DNA of 64,000 nucleotides from an uncultured Fibrobacteria bacterium (GTDB taxonomy: Bacteria; Fibrobacterota; Fibrobacteria; UBA11236), in assembly GCA_963716395.1 (NCBI GenBank), contig OY970309.1:2272001-2336000 (forward strand), read 5' to 3'. Of the stretch, positions 32,285 through 42,437 are shown piece after piece. Position 1 is the stretch's first letter, and every line of letters starts with the position of its first letter. The position numbers and the translations under genes were made by a program. Below the pieces are notes generated by a model. It was not told where the DNA came from. It saw only the letters and a list, made by a program, of their open reading frames with translations, and made no database searches.

Positions 32285-33493
32285 ATGCGCACACCGCTGG
32301 CGGAAAAGCCCTCAGCCCTCGCTTGGCAATTGTATGTCCACGTTCCTTTTTGCGAACGCAAATGCCATTACTGCGATTTCGCCAGTTGGGAATCGCCGGG
32401 CGTGACACAACGGGCCTGGGTAGAAACCGTGTTGCGCGAACTCGATCATGCCGCCGCGCGGCGGCCTGAGTTGCGCCTCGACACGGTTTTTTTCGGCGGC
32501 GGCACGCCGTCGGTGCTGCCCGTCGCCTCGCTCGCGCGCATCGTGGCGCGCATGCGGGAACGGTTCGATTGTTCCGGTATCGCGGAAATGACTTTGGAAG
32601 CCAATCCCAGCAGTTTGACACAGGAGAAATTGCGCGCCTGGCGCGGACTGGGTTTTGATCGCGTCAGCATCGGCGTGCAGAGTTTCGACGCCGAAGAGCT
32701 GCGCTTGCTGGGCCGCGTGCACTCGCCTGAAGGCGCCGAGGCGGCCTTGGAAGCCCTGGCGGCGGAGAGTGGATTGCGCTTCAGCGCCGACCTGATTTTC
32801 GGCTTGCCGGGTCAAACCCGGGAAGGCTTCTTGAACAACCTCGAAAAACTCTTGCGTTACCATCCCGGTCACGTTTCCTTCTATGGCCTCACGGTGGAAG
32901 ACGGCACCGAGTTCGCGCGCCGACAGGCCGCCGGCAGGCTGGTTTTGCCCGAGGCAGAGGCCTACGGCGCCATGTACCGCTCGGGCGTGGAACGTCTGCG
33001 GCAGTCGGGGTGGCGGCGTTACGAAGTTTCGAATTTCGCGCGACCCGGCCAGGAATGCCGGCACAACCAAGGCTATTGGCGCGGTGCGCCGTTTCTTGCC
33101 CTGGGTCCGGGGGCGCATGGTTTCGACGGTACGCGGCGCTGGATGAATCCCCGCGAGTTGGACGACTATTTGCGCTGGGGCGAAGCTGGTTTTTCCGAGG
33201 AATCGGTGACGTGGGATGTACTCGACGCCGATGCCGGTCTCAGCGAAGCCGTCTCTTTGGGGTTGCGACAGGCGCGCGGGTTTGATTCTGAAGCGGTGGG
33301 TACGGCGTTCGGGGTGCATTGGCCCGAGTCGGCCTGGGTCAAATGGGAACGGGCCGGATGCCTGGAACGCGTTGCGGGCTTTGCCCGTCTAGGCGACGAG
33401 GGATGGCTTTTGCTCGACGAAATTTGTGCCGATCTTTTAGCAAAAGCCAGGCCGGTAAAGTCGCTTACCCATGCTGTAGCCATGCCGGTTTGA
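32285..33493 (+). CDS. hemW: Radical SAM heme chaperone HemW
   Basis: LYVHVPFCERKCHYCDF (CxxxCxxC), FFGGGTPS, EANP, YEVSNFA, HNQGYW (HNxxYW, typical of HemW). Confidence 0.92.
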   Translation: MRTPLAEKPSALAWQLYVHVPFCERKCHYCDFASWESPGVTQRAWVETVLRELDHAAARRPELRLDTVFFGGGTPSVLPVASLARIVARMRERFDCSGIAEMTLEANPSSLTQEKLRAWRGLGFDRVSIGVQSFDAEELRLLGRVHSPEGAEAALEALAAESGLRFSADLIFGLPGQTREGFLNNLEKLLRYHPGHVSFYGLTVEDGTEFARRQAAGRLVLPEAEAYGAMYRSGVERLRQSGWRRYEVSNFARPGQECRHNQGYWRGAPFLALGPGAHGFDGTRRWMNPRELDDYLRWGEAGFSEESVTWDVLDADAGLSEAVSLGLRQARGFDSEAVGTAFGVHWPESAWVKWERAGCLERVAGFARLGDEGWLLLDEICADLLAKARPVKSLTHAVAMPV

Positions 33494-33637
33494 CAGGCTT
33501 TTGCCCGGTTGCTTTGCCGGTTTACCCAGCGGGTAAAGTTTTATTCCAGGCGCAGTTTATACAAATAATCAGCGTAAAAGTACATATCACATATTCCCAT
33601 AACCTCTACACTCTAAAAACTAGCGAGGAGGAGTTTT

Positions 33638-35422
33638 ATGCACCGAAGCAAATGGATTTTGTCATGCGTTTTGAGCATGGCTTGGTGCGCTTCCAGTTGG
33701 GCCGTCGATCTGGGCACTTATAAAGGCTGTGACGCTACCGATGCGCAATTCGTAACCACCCGAATTTACCAAGGGCCTTATCAGGCCATCGGTCAAAGCA
33801 ATACGCAGAATTCGGTGTTGAAGGTGGCCTTCGATGCCAATGCCAATAATTTCGCCGATGTTTATTTCATCTTGAAGGCTGGAACCGTCGCGCGCTACAA
33901 TGCCGCGACCAGCACCATCGACACCCTCGGCCATCTCAGCGTCGATACCTTTGGGGAACATGGTTTGATCGGCATCGCCTTGGATCCCAATTTCAAAACC
34001 AATCGTTACATGTATTTCGACTATATGGTCATTGGATCCGGCAATACTTATGTCTTCCGTATCTCCCGGTTTACCTTGGGAGCGGGAACCACCGGTAAAC
34101 TCGACATGTCCTCCGAAAAAATCCTGCTTACTATTCCCCGTCACGATAATTCCGATAACGGTTGGCACACGGCCGGCGATATGAGCTTCGACGCCTACGG
34201 CGATCTCTGGTGCGCCATCGGCGACAACGAGAACACCGAGCTTTCCGCGGGCAATACCGCCGATTTGCGCGGAGGGATTCTGCGCATCCATCCCGACTCC
34301 TCGGCGCGGGGCTTCAGCATTCCCAAGGGAAATTTCGGCGAAACCTTTGCCAGCTACTTTACTTCGCAGGGTAACGCCACCGTGGCGGCCCAGTATCAGG
34401 ACACGACCAAGGTGCGTGCGGAGATCTACGTGAAAGGTACCCGCAACGCTTACACCATGGCCTTGGATCCCGTGCGACGTTGGGTATCATGGGGAGAGGT
34501 GGGGCCGGATCAGGGCAAGGTTGCCGAGGAATACAACATGGTGCGCTCCCCTGTTTATGGCGGATGGCCTTATTTCGCCGGACAGGAAAACATGGGCGCC
34601 GGTTCTTCCACCGGCGGACCATCCGGCGGACCCTATGGAATACCCGTGCCGCTTCAGTCCGATCCGAACAACATCATGAACAAAAATACCGGCATTAACG
34701 GCGTGGTAAACCTGCCGCCCAACCACAACCCCATTTTTGCGAAGACGCAAGCTTGCGCCATGGGCGGGCCGATTTTCGTCTATAACGGCAGCAACACACG
34801 GAAAACCCAATTCCCGCCGCAATTCAACCATAAATGGCTGATTGGGGATTGCGAAGGTAATTACGGCTATCGGCTTCTGACCTTCGATTCGGCGGGCGAT
34901 ACCATCACTTCGGCGGCGGACAATCTTAAAATTTTCGCCGGGAGCAATGTTCCCCAAACCAATACCTTGGTCGATATGAAGCAAGGCCCGGATGGCTCGC
35001 TGTATATCGTCGACTGGGGTAACAGCGCCATTTACCGCGTGGACTATAACGGAACCTGCCAGGATTCCACGCTGCTGGCGGATAAAACCGGTTGCGCCGA
35101 TCCGACGGCATCGAATTACAATCCCAGCATTCCTACGGCTTACAACGATCCCAGGCTTTGCACTTATGGCGACATTGCCATAACCGGAAAGGTTTTTCAC
35201 TACAACCCGGTGCAATTGTCGGGAAATATGTTGACGGTATCCCTGACGGGCGGGTATGGAATTCAAATCTCGGACGTTTCCGGACGCCTGGTTTTCGCCA
35301 TGAGCGGCGAAGGCAACAAGACCTATCAAATTCCGGCTTTCGCACATTCCGGTATTTACCAACTGCAAGTCAAAGGCGTGGCCGGCACTTTTACCCAACG
35401 GTATTTGAATCTGACGCCTTAG
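33638..35422 (+). CDS. Secreted PQQ-dependent glucose/sorbosone dehydrogenase-family protein with C-terminal sorting domain
   Basis: GAGGAG RBS; signal peptide; EHGLIGIALDPNF, HTAG, GGILRI, EIYVKGTRN, GEVGPD, GWPY, QGPDGSLY; GCADPTASNYNP module; DVSGR...SGIYQL tail. Confidence 0.88.
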   Translation: MHRSKWILSCVLSMAWCASSWAVDLGTYKGCDATDAQFVTTRIYQGPYQAIGQSNTQNSVLKVAFDANANNFADVYFILKAGTVARYNAATSTIDTLGHLSVDTFGEHGLIGIALDPNFKTNRYMYFDYMVIGSGNTYVFRISRFTLGAGTTGKLDMSSEKILLTIPRHDNSDNGWHTAGDMSFDAYGDLWCAIGDNENTELSAGNTADLRGGILRIHPDSSARGFSIPKGNFGETFASYFTSQGNATVAAQYQDTTKVRAEIYVKGTRNAYTMALDPVRRWVSWGEVGPDQGKVAEEYNMVRSPVYGGWPYFAGQENMGAGSSTGGPSGGPYGIPVPLQSDPNNIMNKNTGINGVVNLPPNHNPIFAKTQACAMGGPIFVYNGSNTRKTQFPPQFNHKWLIGDCEGNYGYRLLTFDSAGDTITSAADNLKIFAGSNVPQTNTLVDMKQGPDGSLYIVDWGNSAIYRVDYNGTCQDSTLLADKTGCADPTASNYNPSIPTAYNDPRLCTYGDIAITGKVFHYNPVQLSGNMLTVSLTGGYGIQISDVSGRLVFAMSGEGNKTYQIPAFAHSGIYQLQVKGVAGTFTQRYLNLTP

Positions 35423-35837
35423 TCTGACAGGCGGGGGGTGCCAAACGCACCCCTCTCATCTACAGCGCACTTCCTCATCCCTCAATCCCCGCCTTGGAAT
35501 CCTCGGGTCGTCGTGCCTGCGAATTCTGAGCCCGACCATTCAGTTCTCGGTTACTGAACCATAGGCGGATTCAGATCGGCCCCGGATCTTCAAATCTTAG
35601 GAAGTGGGTTTGAGATCCCGCGACAGACTCGGGAACCAGGTCCCAAGTCCCAAGTCTGGGGAGCAAAATCGCGATTACTCAATGTCGCCGGAGCGTAGTC
35701 CTAATCTTAATCTGAAGGCGACGCGGAAAAAGCCTTCACCTGCAAATCCGTTTGCGGCGCGAGTTGGCGGCCAAAACTCGCGACGTGAACATCCGCTCCG
35801 TTGGTCAGGACAAATGCGGACCCAGGTCCACTCAGAA

Positions 35838-36893
35838 TTACGGTACGATGAATTTCGTCGCGTGAAACCCGTCGCTTGCCCGCACGGTGACCATATATAC
35901 GCCACTCGGTTGGCCCTTAAACGGGAATTGACCTTGCCTTGTGACCGTGGCCGCGATCGCCCCGCCCTTGGTATTTCGAACCAAGACCCGGGTATTTTCC
36001 CCCACTCCGCGGAGTCGTACGATTCCTGACAGGTAAGTCGCTGAAATGGGGTCACGGGCTGCGTTCAGCTTCAGGAGACGGACCTCGGTAGGATTGTTCA
36101 ACGAGAACTGTTTGAAAAAGGCCCACACCTCGTTGGATTGGTTCAGCCGGTTCGCGGCGGGCCATTGATGCCCCTCGCCCTGGATGGAATCGGCCACCAC
36201 GTAGCTTCCCTGGGCGCAGGGCCCATAGCTGATACGTGTGACCCCGGAATTCGGATTGGTGGCCGGATAGGGGCGGGTGATGGTCGGTGTGGAGGGACAG
36301 CTATCCAGATTCGTCCAAATGTCGAGGTCGGCGATGAAGGTGGGCGGAGCCGTGATGTCATTGGTTCCGAAGGTCATAAACATTGGCACCGGACGCGTGA
36401 GGGTACAGGTCGTGTTGGAGTGGCCGGATACCGGCGCCACCGCGGCGAAAACATCGGAGTAATTGCACCCGGCTACGAAACTGATGATCCCGCCCTGGGA
36501 AAATCCCGTCATATAGACGCGGTTGCGATCGATATGGTACCGGGCGTCCAGCGTGTCGATAATCGCCAGGAAAAAGGGGAAGTTGGTGGTGCCATACATA
36601 TCGTTCCAGGTTCCAGTGCTTCCATCGCTGGATGCACTGGGATAGGCCGCAATGAATTTGTCCTGGTCGGCGGTAGCATCCCCTTTGGTATCGTTTTCAA
36701 ATTCGGCACCGCTTCCGTTGGCGCCGTGGATAAACAACACCAGGGGAGGTTTGTTGATGCCGCTGGGCACATGCACGACACAACTATGGGTCTGACCGGA
36801 AAGCTGAAAACTCAGTGTCGTCGTGGTCTGTGCGAATCCGGAGGCCGCCAGCGACGCAAATATTCCTACCGCCAAAAGCCGAAAATGAGCCAT
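35838..36893 (-). CDS. Secreted alpha/beta-hydrolase esterase (PHB depolymerase/LpqC-like, possibly feruloyl esterase) with C-terminal sorting domain
   Basis: Signal peptide; LFIHG, IDRNRVYMTGFSQGG nucleophile elbow, FGTND, GHQWP; tail PSGVYMVTV. Confidence 0.85.
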   Translation of the reverse strand: MAHFRLLAVGIFASLAASGFAQTTTTLSFQLSGQTHSCVVHVPSGINKPPLVLFIHGANGSGAEFENDTKGDATADQDKFIAAYPSASSDGSTGTWNDMYGTTNFPFFLAIIDTLDARYHIDRNRVYMTGFSQGGIISFVAGCNYSDVFAAVAPVSGHSNTTCTLTRPVPMFMTFGTNDITAPPTFIADLDIWTNLDSCPSTPTITRPYPATNPNSGVTRISYGPCAQGSYVVADSIQGEGHQWPAANRLNQSNEVWAFFKQFSLNNPTEVRLLKLNAARDPISATYLSGIVRLRGVGENTRVLVRNTKGGAIAATVTRQGQFPFKGQPSGVYMVTVRASDGFHATKFIVP

Positions 36894-36987
36894 GGGATCT
36901 CCTTTTTCGGGAATATAATGTCCATTCCGCCCTTCGCCCCGGGACTATTTGGAACCTGACACGCTTTTCTGATTCGGATATTTCGAC

Positions 36988-37075
36988 CGGTTCGACAAGC
37001 TCACCGGTCTACCCCCCCGGCTGGTTCGACAAACTCACCAGCCGTACTCCCTTGTCCGGTAAGCTTGTCGAACCG
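36988..37075. repeat. Cluster of three REP-like units
   Basis: CGGTTCGACAAGCTCACCGG (36988-37007), CTGGTTCGACAAACTCACCAG (37021-37041), inverted CCGGTAAGCTTGTCGAACCG (37056-37075). Confidence 0.65.
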
Positions 37076-37118
37076 CCGGAGGGCATCGACCGCGGATTGA
37101 GACGGAGTTAAACGGCAA

Positions 37119-37518
37119 TTAGACCCTGAGCACACCGCGGAAACCCCGGGCCGCATAGTACGACTCCGCGCCGTTATGGTAGGTGAAAAACGAATCGTAG
37201 CGGCGATCACAAAAGATGGCGCCGCCGCGCTGACGGATGGCGGAAGGCGTTTTCACCCAGCTGGAGCTTTTGGCGTCAAAGTTTCCGAGTTTCTGCAGCT
37301 CGCGATACCGGGCTTCGGTCAAGAGTTCGATACCCAGGGCGGCGGCCATACCGACCGCGCTGGCTACAGGTTTGAATTCTTTTCTCGCCTCCAACGCTTC
37401 GGGGTCATAACAAAGGCTTCTGCGGCCCTTGGGGGCTTTCCGCCGAACAATCATAAAACAGAAATTCCTTCATCTTTTTATGGCCTTTGTGGTTGGTTCT
37501 ACCCGCGAATGCCTCCAT
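37119..37518 (-). pseudogene. DUF4256-family gene remnant (5'-truncated, +1 frameshift)
   Basis: EFLFYDCSAESP|KGRRSLCYD...HNGAESYYAARGFRG, with an extra base in the G5 run at 37431-37435. The usual N-terminal part is absent. Confidence 0.75.
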
Positions 37519-37674
37519 GCCCTCATCTCCAATCAATTGCCAAGACGGAAACGGCTCCCATGCCCGGCTTGCCCCTTTGTTTTTACGACAATAATGGATC
37601 CGCCGCCGTTACAGTCTCGAAGGAAAGAATGTCTACTTCTTAAGCCGAGGGGCTTCAAGTGTGAGGGGGGAATC

Positions 37675-38898
37675 ATGCGAAAAATCATCAAACTCATCGT
37701 CGGGTCGATGCTGACGGCGGCAGGCGGGAGCGTCTGCGCGCAACCGCAATGGGCCTTGGACACCACCTTGTCCACCGGGCAATTATCGCAGGGCATCGCC
37801 ATCACACCCGACAATACCAAAATCATCGTCACCGACAACGTCACGCCCAGCGCGATCCAGATTATCTCCACGGCCGACTATTCGATGGTCACGGTGACCT
37901 ACACTGCCGACGGTTTTCCCAATGCCGTGGCGGTGACGCCCGACGGGTCCGCTGCCCTGGTCAACACCACGCATCAGACGCTTTATATCAATCTGGCGAC
38001 GGATTCCGTCAGCGATTTTTTCGCGGCGCCCTGCGTCGCAACCACCCTGTACGGCCTCGCGGTGTACGGCGCATCCGCCGTTTATCCCGACCTCAGTTCG
38101 GGCTGCACCGAACAGGGGTTGCGGTTCATCAATGCGGAACTGCCTAATTCCGCTTCGACCTTCGTGCCGATCGCCACCAAGGGGGAATTGACCGGAATCG
38201 GAATCCTGGGGAATACGGCGTTGGTGACGGCCTGGAACGCGGCGCCCGTGCTGGTCAATCTCGCCACCTCCGACACGCAAACCATCGGCGGCATGACCGA
38301 GTCCTACGGCGTGGCCATGTTGCATCACAGCAATGAGGCCCTGGTCTTTGACGGCGACTCGGTGGATCGGGTTTCGCTCGCCACCGGGTCCATTTCCAAA
38401 AAAATAGCGCCCCTGTCTTCCAACACCGGATTCCAAAACCTCGCCATCACCAAGGACGACAAGTACGCTTTCGCGATCGGCTCTTTTGAAGAACGGATCA
38501 TCGCTCTGGCCAATGACTCGGTGCTCCAAACTTTTCCCATCGGGGGCGTCAGCGTCGCCGCCGATTCGGATGGCTCGGCGTTTTACGTTACCGACAGCTA
38601 TGGCGGGCAGGTGCGGGTTTATAAAGCTGTCGGTAACTCTTCCCTCAGCGGCCTGAAAAAAATTCCATCGGGGATTTTCGTTTTCCCCAGCGTCACGTCC
38701 GGAATCATTACGATCCGGGGATCGGGGGAAAACGCCGCGGTGAATATTTACAACATGCTGGGCGTCACGATTTACCATGCGGATTTTCTGGCGCTGCGGC
38801 AGGAGTCGGTGGATTTATCCGCCCGGCCGAAAGGAATCTACGCCGTCAAAGTCAGAGCCGGCAATCAGGTCGGAATGCAAAAAATCCTGATTCAATAA
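37675..38898 (+). CDS. Secreted YncE/YVTN-like beta-propeller with T9SS type-A sorting domain
   Basis: Start ATG 37675 (GAGGGGG RBS). GIAITPD, AVAVTPDG, LAITKDDK blades; CTD IFVFPSVTSG...IYNMLG...PKGIYAVKV...KILIQ. Confidence 0.8.
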   Translation: MRKIIKLIVGSMLTAAGGSVCAQPQWALDTTLSTGQLSQGIAITPDNTKIIVTDNVTPSAIQIISTADYSMVTVTYTADGFPNAVAVTPDGSAALVNTTHQTLYINLATDSVSDFFAAPCVATTLYGLAVYGASAVYPDLSSGCTEQGLRFINAELPNSASTFVPIATKGELTGIGILGNTALVTAWNAAPVLVNLATSDTQTIGGMTESYGVAMLHHSNEALVFDGDSVDRVSLATGSISKKIAPLSSNTGFQNLAITKDDKYAFAIGSFEERIIALANDSVLQTFPIGGVSVAADSDGSAFYVTDSYGGQVRVYKAVGNSSLSGLKKIPSGIFVFPSVTSGIITIRGSGENAAVNIYNMLGVTIYHADFLALRQESVDLSARPKGIYAVKVRAGNQVGMQKILIQ

Positions 38899-39023
38899 AA
38901 CCGGCAGGATTTTTTCCTGGCGGCGGAAGGGCTTGGTCCCATTCCGCCTTGGCCTTGCAAGCGGCATCGGCAAAACGCCGCGCCAGCATTTCTATTTGTG
39001 AATCAAATGGTATCTTGGCTGCC

Positions 39024-39710
39024 GTGAAAATCCTCCTCCTTGAGGATGAGGCCGAACTCGCCCAATCCATTTCCACCTTCCTGAAAAAGGGCGGCCACAT
39101 CGTCGAGGTCGCGTCTTCCCTGGTGGCCGCCCGGCAAGCCTTGGCCAATGTCCAGGATTGCGTGCTCGTGGACATTTTGCTCCCCGATGGAAACGGCCTG
39201 GATCTCCTCCGGGAACTCAAGTCGGGGAACCCGGAAATCGGGATTATCATCATTTCGGCCAAGGATTCCGTGGGCGATAAGATTCATGGCCTGGAATTGG
39301 GAGCGGACGACTACCTGGCCAAACCCTTCCATCTCGGCGAACTCCATGCGCGTATCAAGTCGCTCGCCCGGAGAAAGCAGCGCCAAGGCTCGACCGTTCT
39401 CGAATGCGGAGGCATTCGGTTGCATCCGGACTCGATGGAAGCGCTCATCCGCGGCCAGACCCTGGCGCTGACTCCCAAGGAGTTCGAATTGCTCCTGTAT
39501 TTTATGACCAACCGCAATCGCGTCCTGTCCAAGCAATCTTTGCTAGAGCACCTCTGGGAAAACATGGCGCTCGGCGCCGATTCGCATGATTTCATCTATG
39601 CCCACATCAAAAACCTGCGCCGGAAAATTTTCCAATCCGGAGGCGAGGATCCCATCAAGACGGTGTATGGTCTGGGCTACCGCTTCGTCGCCGAGCCGCC
39701 CGACTCGTGA
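39024..39710 (+). CDS. OmpR-family response regulator
   Basis: GTG start; ILLLEDE, VDILLPDGNG, GADDYLAKPF, HIKNLRRK, KTVYGLGYRF. Confidence 0.93.
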   Translation: MKILLLEDEAELAQSISTFLKKGGHIVEVASSLVAARQALANVQDCVLVDILLPDGNGLDLLRELKSGNPEIGIIIISAKDSVGDKIHGLELGADDYLAKPFHLGELHARIKSLARRKQRQGSTVLECGGIRLHPDSMEALIRGQTLALTPKEFELLLYFMTNRNRVLSKQSLLEHLWENMALGADSHDFIYAHIKNLRRKIFQSGGEDPIKTVYGLGYRFVAEPPDS

Positions 39711-40985
39711 AGCTACTCACCAAAACCACCCTCGTCACCGCCGTTACATCTCTGTTACTGGCCCTTCCGGCGGGCTGGGTGGGATACCGCTTGGTGCAGG
39801 CGGAGGTCGGCAAGGAGGTGGACGGACAACTCCTTTCCCTGGCGGCCTCCCTGCAAGGGCAACTCGCCGGCCTGATTGCGGTTTCACCCATCGGGGCCCG
39901 CATCCGGGTCGATGCGATTCCCGCGGATAGCCTCCCCTCCGCGGTTTTCCGGGACACCCTGCTGCCCGATCCCATCGAAGGGGAACCCGTTCCTTTCCGC
40001 CTGTACGCTTATTCCGCCTGGGAAAACGGAAAACATTTCCACATCCTCCTGGGACTCCCGCGCTTGGAATCGGATGATTTGCTGGGAGACATCGCCATTT
40101 CCTTGGGAACCATCTTGGCCTTGCTCCTCGCGGGTTTGCTGGGGACCAACCTGGCGGTGTCCCGCAGCGTATGGAAACCATTCCGGCAAACCCTGGCCGC
40201 GCTTGCGACCCATGACTGGTCCAAACCGGACGCTCTCAGCCTTCCATCCACGCGCATACGGGAGTTCCAAACCCTGAACGCAACCCTTGCGGATATGAGC
40301 GAACGCATCCGAAGCCACATCAGTAACCTCCGCGATTTCACGGGAAACGCAGCGCATGAGATGCAGACACCGTTGGCCGTCGTCCTGGCCAAGCTGGAAA
40401 ATCTTCCGGACGCGGGCGCTTGGACTCCGGAACAGGCGCGGGAAATACAGGATATGCACGCGGCCACCGTCCGACTTGGTGCGTTTGAACAAGGCATTGC
40501 TGCTGCTGACCCGGCTGGAAGGGGAACATTTCCTCAAGCGGGTTCCGTTCGATCTGGGGGCGGAAGCGCTTCGCCTCCTCCAGGACTTTTCCGACCTCCT
40601 GGAAATGAAACGCATTCACGTTGAGGTTCACCCCGGTCCATCCCTGGTGGCGAACCTAAATCCCGACCTCGCCGCCATCCTCCTCTCCAACCTCATTCGC
40701 AATGCGATTCAGCACAATCTCTCCGGCGGCACCCTCACCTTACGCACGGGTGCGAACGCGCTCATCCTGGAGAATACGGGGGAGCCGTTGGGCGTTCCCC
40801 CCGAATCCCTGTTTGAACGTTTCCACAAGGGTAATCCCACCTCGGAATCCACCGGCCTCGGCCTTTCCATCGCACGAAAAATCTGCGACCTGAGCGGCCT
40901 CGATCTGGAATACGCATACCGCGAGGGGTTGCACACCCTGACCCTGAGAACGCGACTTCAGAATTCCATCAGAATTGGATTGTAG
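39707..40985 (+). CDS. Sensor histidine kinase with a +1 frameshift near 40476 (pseudogene or sequencing error)
   Basis: H-box NAAHEMQTPL is in ORF 39707-40624; LNKALLLL, NLIRNAIQH, FERFHK, TGLGLSI are in ORF 40356-40985. Removing one base gives 425 aa. Confidence 0.85.
40958..40976 (+). promoter_or_regulatory. Putative response-regulator binding direct repeat upstream of the RND operon
   Basis: TCAGAATT-cca-TCAGAATT, 11-bp period, about 100 bp upstream of the tolC-like start. Confidence 0.45.
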
Positions 40986-41078
40986 CTTGGTCCGCTCACA
41001 ACTTGGTTGCCGTAATCTTGGTGCCGTTTTCACCAAGGAGTCGAAGATGTCCCACCAAATATCCGCAAGCTTGGCTAT

Positions 41079-42437
41079 ATGCGCCGCTATTTAATCATCG
41101 TTTTGGGAATTTTGGCCGGGTGCGCCACGTATCATCCAAAACCTATTTCACCGGAAAAAACGGCGCATGCTTTCGAGGCGCGGTCGCTGTCGGATAGCAA
41201 TCTCGTGGCGTTTTTGAAAACGAACGGCTTCAGCGGTTCGTGGGATCTACCATCGTTGACGCTGGTGGCATTTTATTGTCAGCCGGCGCTGGCCGAAGCG
41301 CGCGCGCAATGGGCAATGGCTGCCGCCGGAAAGATCACCGCCGGCGAACGGCCAAATCCGAACCTTGGTTTCACACCCACGCGCGACGTGACAACCGCTC
41401 CGCCATGGATTTTTGGGGTGACCTGGGACATCCCGATTGAAACCATGGGCAAACGCGGCCAACGCATTGCGCAGGCAAAAAATCTGACGGAAGCGGCGAA
41501 ATGGGATTTCGTTTCCGCGGCGTGGCAGGTGAGAAGTCGCGTTCGCGCGGCGCTGCTCGCGCTTTATGCCGCGCGCGAAAATGATTCGCTGTCCGCGGAG
41601 CAGGAGGCCGCGCAAAGCCAAGTTGTTCGCCTGCTCGCAGGCCAGTTCTCCGCCGGCAGCATTTCGAGTTTTGCCGTCACGCAGGCCCGCGTCGCTTTGG
41701 AAAACACCCAATTGGCGCGTCAGGATGCCCTCGGCCAATTGGATCAGGCGCGTGTGCAATTGGCCGCCGCGCTCGGCCTGCCGCTGCGCGCGCTCGACAG
41801 CGTGGACATTTCTTTCGAAGACTTCCAAAATTTTCCTGCCGATTTGACGGCACCGAAAACCCTGCGGGAAGCGGTTTTGAACCGCGCCGACATTCGCAGC
41901 GCGCTGGCCAGTTATGCCGCGAGCCAATCCGCGCTGCAATTGGAAATTGCCAAGCAATATCCCGACATTCATCTCGGTCCCGGCTATGAATTGGATCAGA
42001 CGGACAATAAATGGTCGCTGGGCCTGTCTTTGGATTTGCCGATTTTGAACCATAATCAAGGCGGCGTTGCCGAAGCGAAAGCCAATCGCGCCGCCGCGGC
42101 CGCGCATTTTCTCACCGTGCAGACCAATGCGATTGCAGAAATCGGTTTGGCGATGGCCGGCTATCGCGCCGCGTTGCGCAAATCGGCGACGGCGAAAAAT
42201 CTGCTGGACGATTTGCAGCAGCAATTGCAATCCGTGCGTGCGCAGGCCCAAGCCGGGGAAATCGACGCCTTGACGCTGGCGAACGCGGAAGTGGAATTCA
42301 TCCTCGGGAAGCAAAATCACATGAACGCCATCCTGCAAGCGCAGCAGGCCTTCGGGCAGTTGGAGGACGCAGTGCAGAGCCCGCTGACGCTGAAACCATC
42401 GGAAATAAACGCGGTGCAAAACCAAGGTCAAGAATGA
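41079..42437 (+). CDS. TolC-family outer-membrane efflux lipoprotein
   Basis: Lipobox LAGC; AGERPNP, IETMGKR, LEIAKQYPDIHLGPGY, NHNQG. Confidence 0.9.
   Translation: MRRYLIIVLGILAGCATYHPKPISPEKTAHAFEARSLSDSNLVAFLKTNGFSGSWDLPSLTLVAFYCQPALAEARAQWAMAAAGKITAGERPNPNLGFTPTRDVTTAPPWIFGVTWDIPIETMGKRGQRIAQAKNLTEAAKWDFVSAAWQVRSRVRAALLALYAARENDSLSAEQEAAQSQVVRLLAGQFSAGSISSFAVTQARVALENTQLARQDALGQLDQARVQLAAALGLPLRALDSVDISFEDFQNFPADLTAPKTLREAVLNRADIRSALASYAASQSALQLEIAKQYPDIHLGPGYELDQTDNKWSLGLSLDLPILNHNQGGVAEAKANRAAAAAHFLTVQTNAIAEIGLAMAGYRAALRKSATAKNLLDDLQQQLQSVRAQAQAGEIDALTLANAEVEFILGKQNHMNAILQAQQAFGQLEDAVQSPLTLKPSEINAVQNQGQE

Noticed and set aside
36988-37075. Mini CRISPR array
   Set aside because: Units are about 20 bp, one is inverted, spacers are about 13-14 bp, and no cas genes are present.
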